A DNA stretch of 48,573 nt from Cytophagaceae bacterium (GTDB lineage: Bacteria; Bacteroidota; Bacteroidia; Cytophagales; Spirosomataceae), in NCBI GenBank assembly GCA_947450865.1, contig CANFWR010000001.1:1-48573 (forward strand), in the 5' to 3' direction. A program made the translations under genes and the position numbers. The notes beneath the pieces are model-generated. The model was not told the DNA's origin. It was given only the letters and a program-made list of their open reading frames with translations, and did not search any database. Below, piece after piece: positions 47,846-48,573 of the stretch; positions within the stretch are counted from its first letter, which is position 1; each line of letters opens with the position of its first letter.

Positions 47846-48573
47846 ACGATCTGAACGACAATTTTTCCCGGATGTCCATTCGTGGCGGCTTGTAAGCCCG
47901 CCTGAACCTCCGCAAGAGGAATGTATTTTGAAATGATTTTATGGGGTTGAATTTTCCCGTCTTCAATCAATTGAATGACTGCCTGGAAATCTTCCGGATG
48001 GTCGTAAATCAAAGAACCTTGGATTGAAATGCCTCGGCGAACTAAATCCAAGGGGGTAAAGCTAGCCTGCTTTTCGGATAAGCCTAAGAGAATGACACTG
48101 GCGCCGCGCGGAGCATCAGCAATAAGCTGTGTAGTAGCAGCGGCTGAACCCGTACATTCGAAAATCACACGAATGTCTTCGGATTTCCAATCGCCTTTTA
48201 GGGCGCCAAACTCATACGCTTTCTCCTGCAAAACAGGATTCAAATCAGCTGCGTAAACTTTCAAACCTTGTTCCACTGCGAGATGGGTTATTAACATTCC
48301 GATGGCTCCTAGGCCTAAGACGTAGATGGCATCGCCTTTTTTCAACGCTGCCTTTTTCAAGGCATGATAGGCCACAGTTGTAGGTTCGATGGTCACCGCA
48401 TCTTTCGAGGTAATAGAGTCTGGCAGTTTGTGAGCGAAATCTGCCGGAATCAGCACGTATTCAGCGAAACAACCGGGGGCGTTTAGACCGATGGTGCGTT
48501 TATTTGGGCAAACTGTAGCTTGGCCGCGTTCGCAATATTTACAATTTCCACAAGGCGCATTAGGGTCTACAAC
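47842..48573 (-). CDS. Zinc-dependent medium-chain dehydrogenase (5' truncated by window)
   Basis: Frame stays open to the window edge: PCGNCKYCERGQATVC zinc loop, GCFAEY, IEP, GLGAIG, FECTG. Confidence 0.9.
   Translation of the reverse strand, partial: VVDPNAPCGNCKYCERGQATVCPNKRTIGLNAPGCFAEYVLIPADFAHKLPDSITSKDAVTIEPTTVAYHALKKAALKKGDAIYVLGLGAIGMLITHLAVEQGLKVYAADLNPVLQEKAYEFGALKGDWKSEDIRVIFECTGSAAATTQLIADAPRGASVILLGLSEKQASFTPLDLVRRGISIQGSLIYDHPEDFQAVIQLIEDGKIQPHKIISKYIPLAEVQAGLQAATNGHPGKIVVQIV

Overview
Chromosomal window from a Bacteroidota bacterium. The TAnnTTTG -7 promoters, lack of obvious Shine-Dalgarno sites and the protein sequences fit Cytophagales; a compact freshwater Aquirufa-like genome is only my guess. 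1-9.3 kb holds housekeeping genes (lptD 3' end, msrA, sphingomyelin-synthase-like PAP2, CapD-like dehydratase, thiL, sugar kinase, NadD-like protein, carA). 9.4-24.8 kb is the S10-spc-alpha ribosomal cluster on the minus strand (rplC to rplQ, including rpmD and rpmJ that the ORF track missed), but rpsJ is not upstream of rplC. 25.4-46.6 kb looks like a phosphate-scavenging neighbourhood: three exported phosphoesterases, a PlcP-like phospholipase with a glycosyltransferase, a Pit transporter, two TonB-dependent receptors and lipoproteins. Six of its promoters share TAACA-type repeats with 11-bp period, in phase with the -7 box (Pho-box-like). The most unusual non-coding signal is a modular repeat in three arrays (25.3, 29.3, 30.8 kb): a constant GACTAA linker alternating with a small reusable set of mostly GNA-triloop mini-hairpins, with 7-bp tandem runs beside two arrays. 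A near-identical hairpin also precedes the two 5S-rRNA-binding protein genes rplE and rplR. No tRNA, rRNA, CRISPR or transposase was seen.
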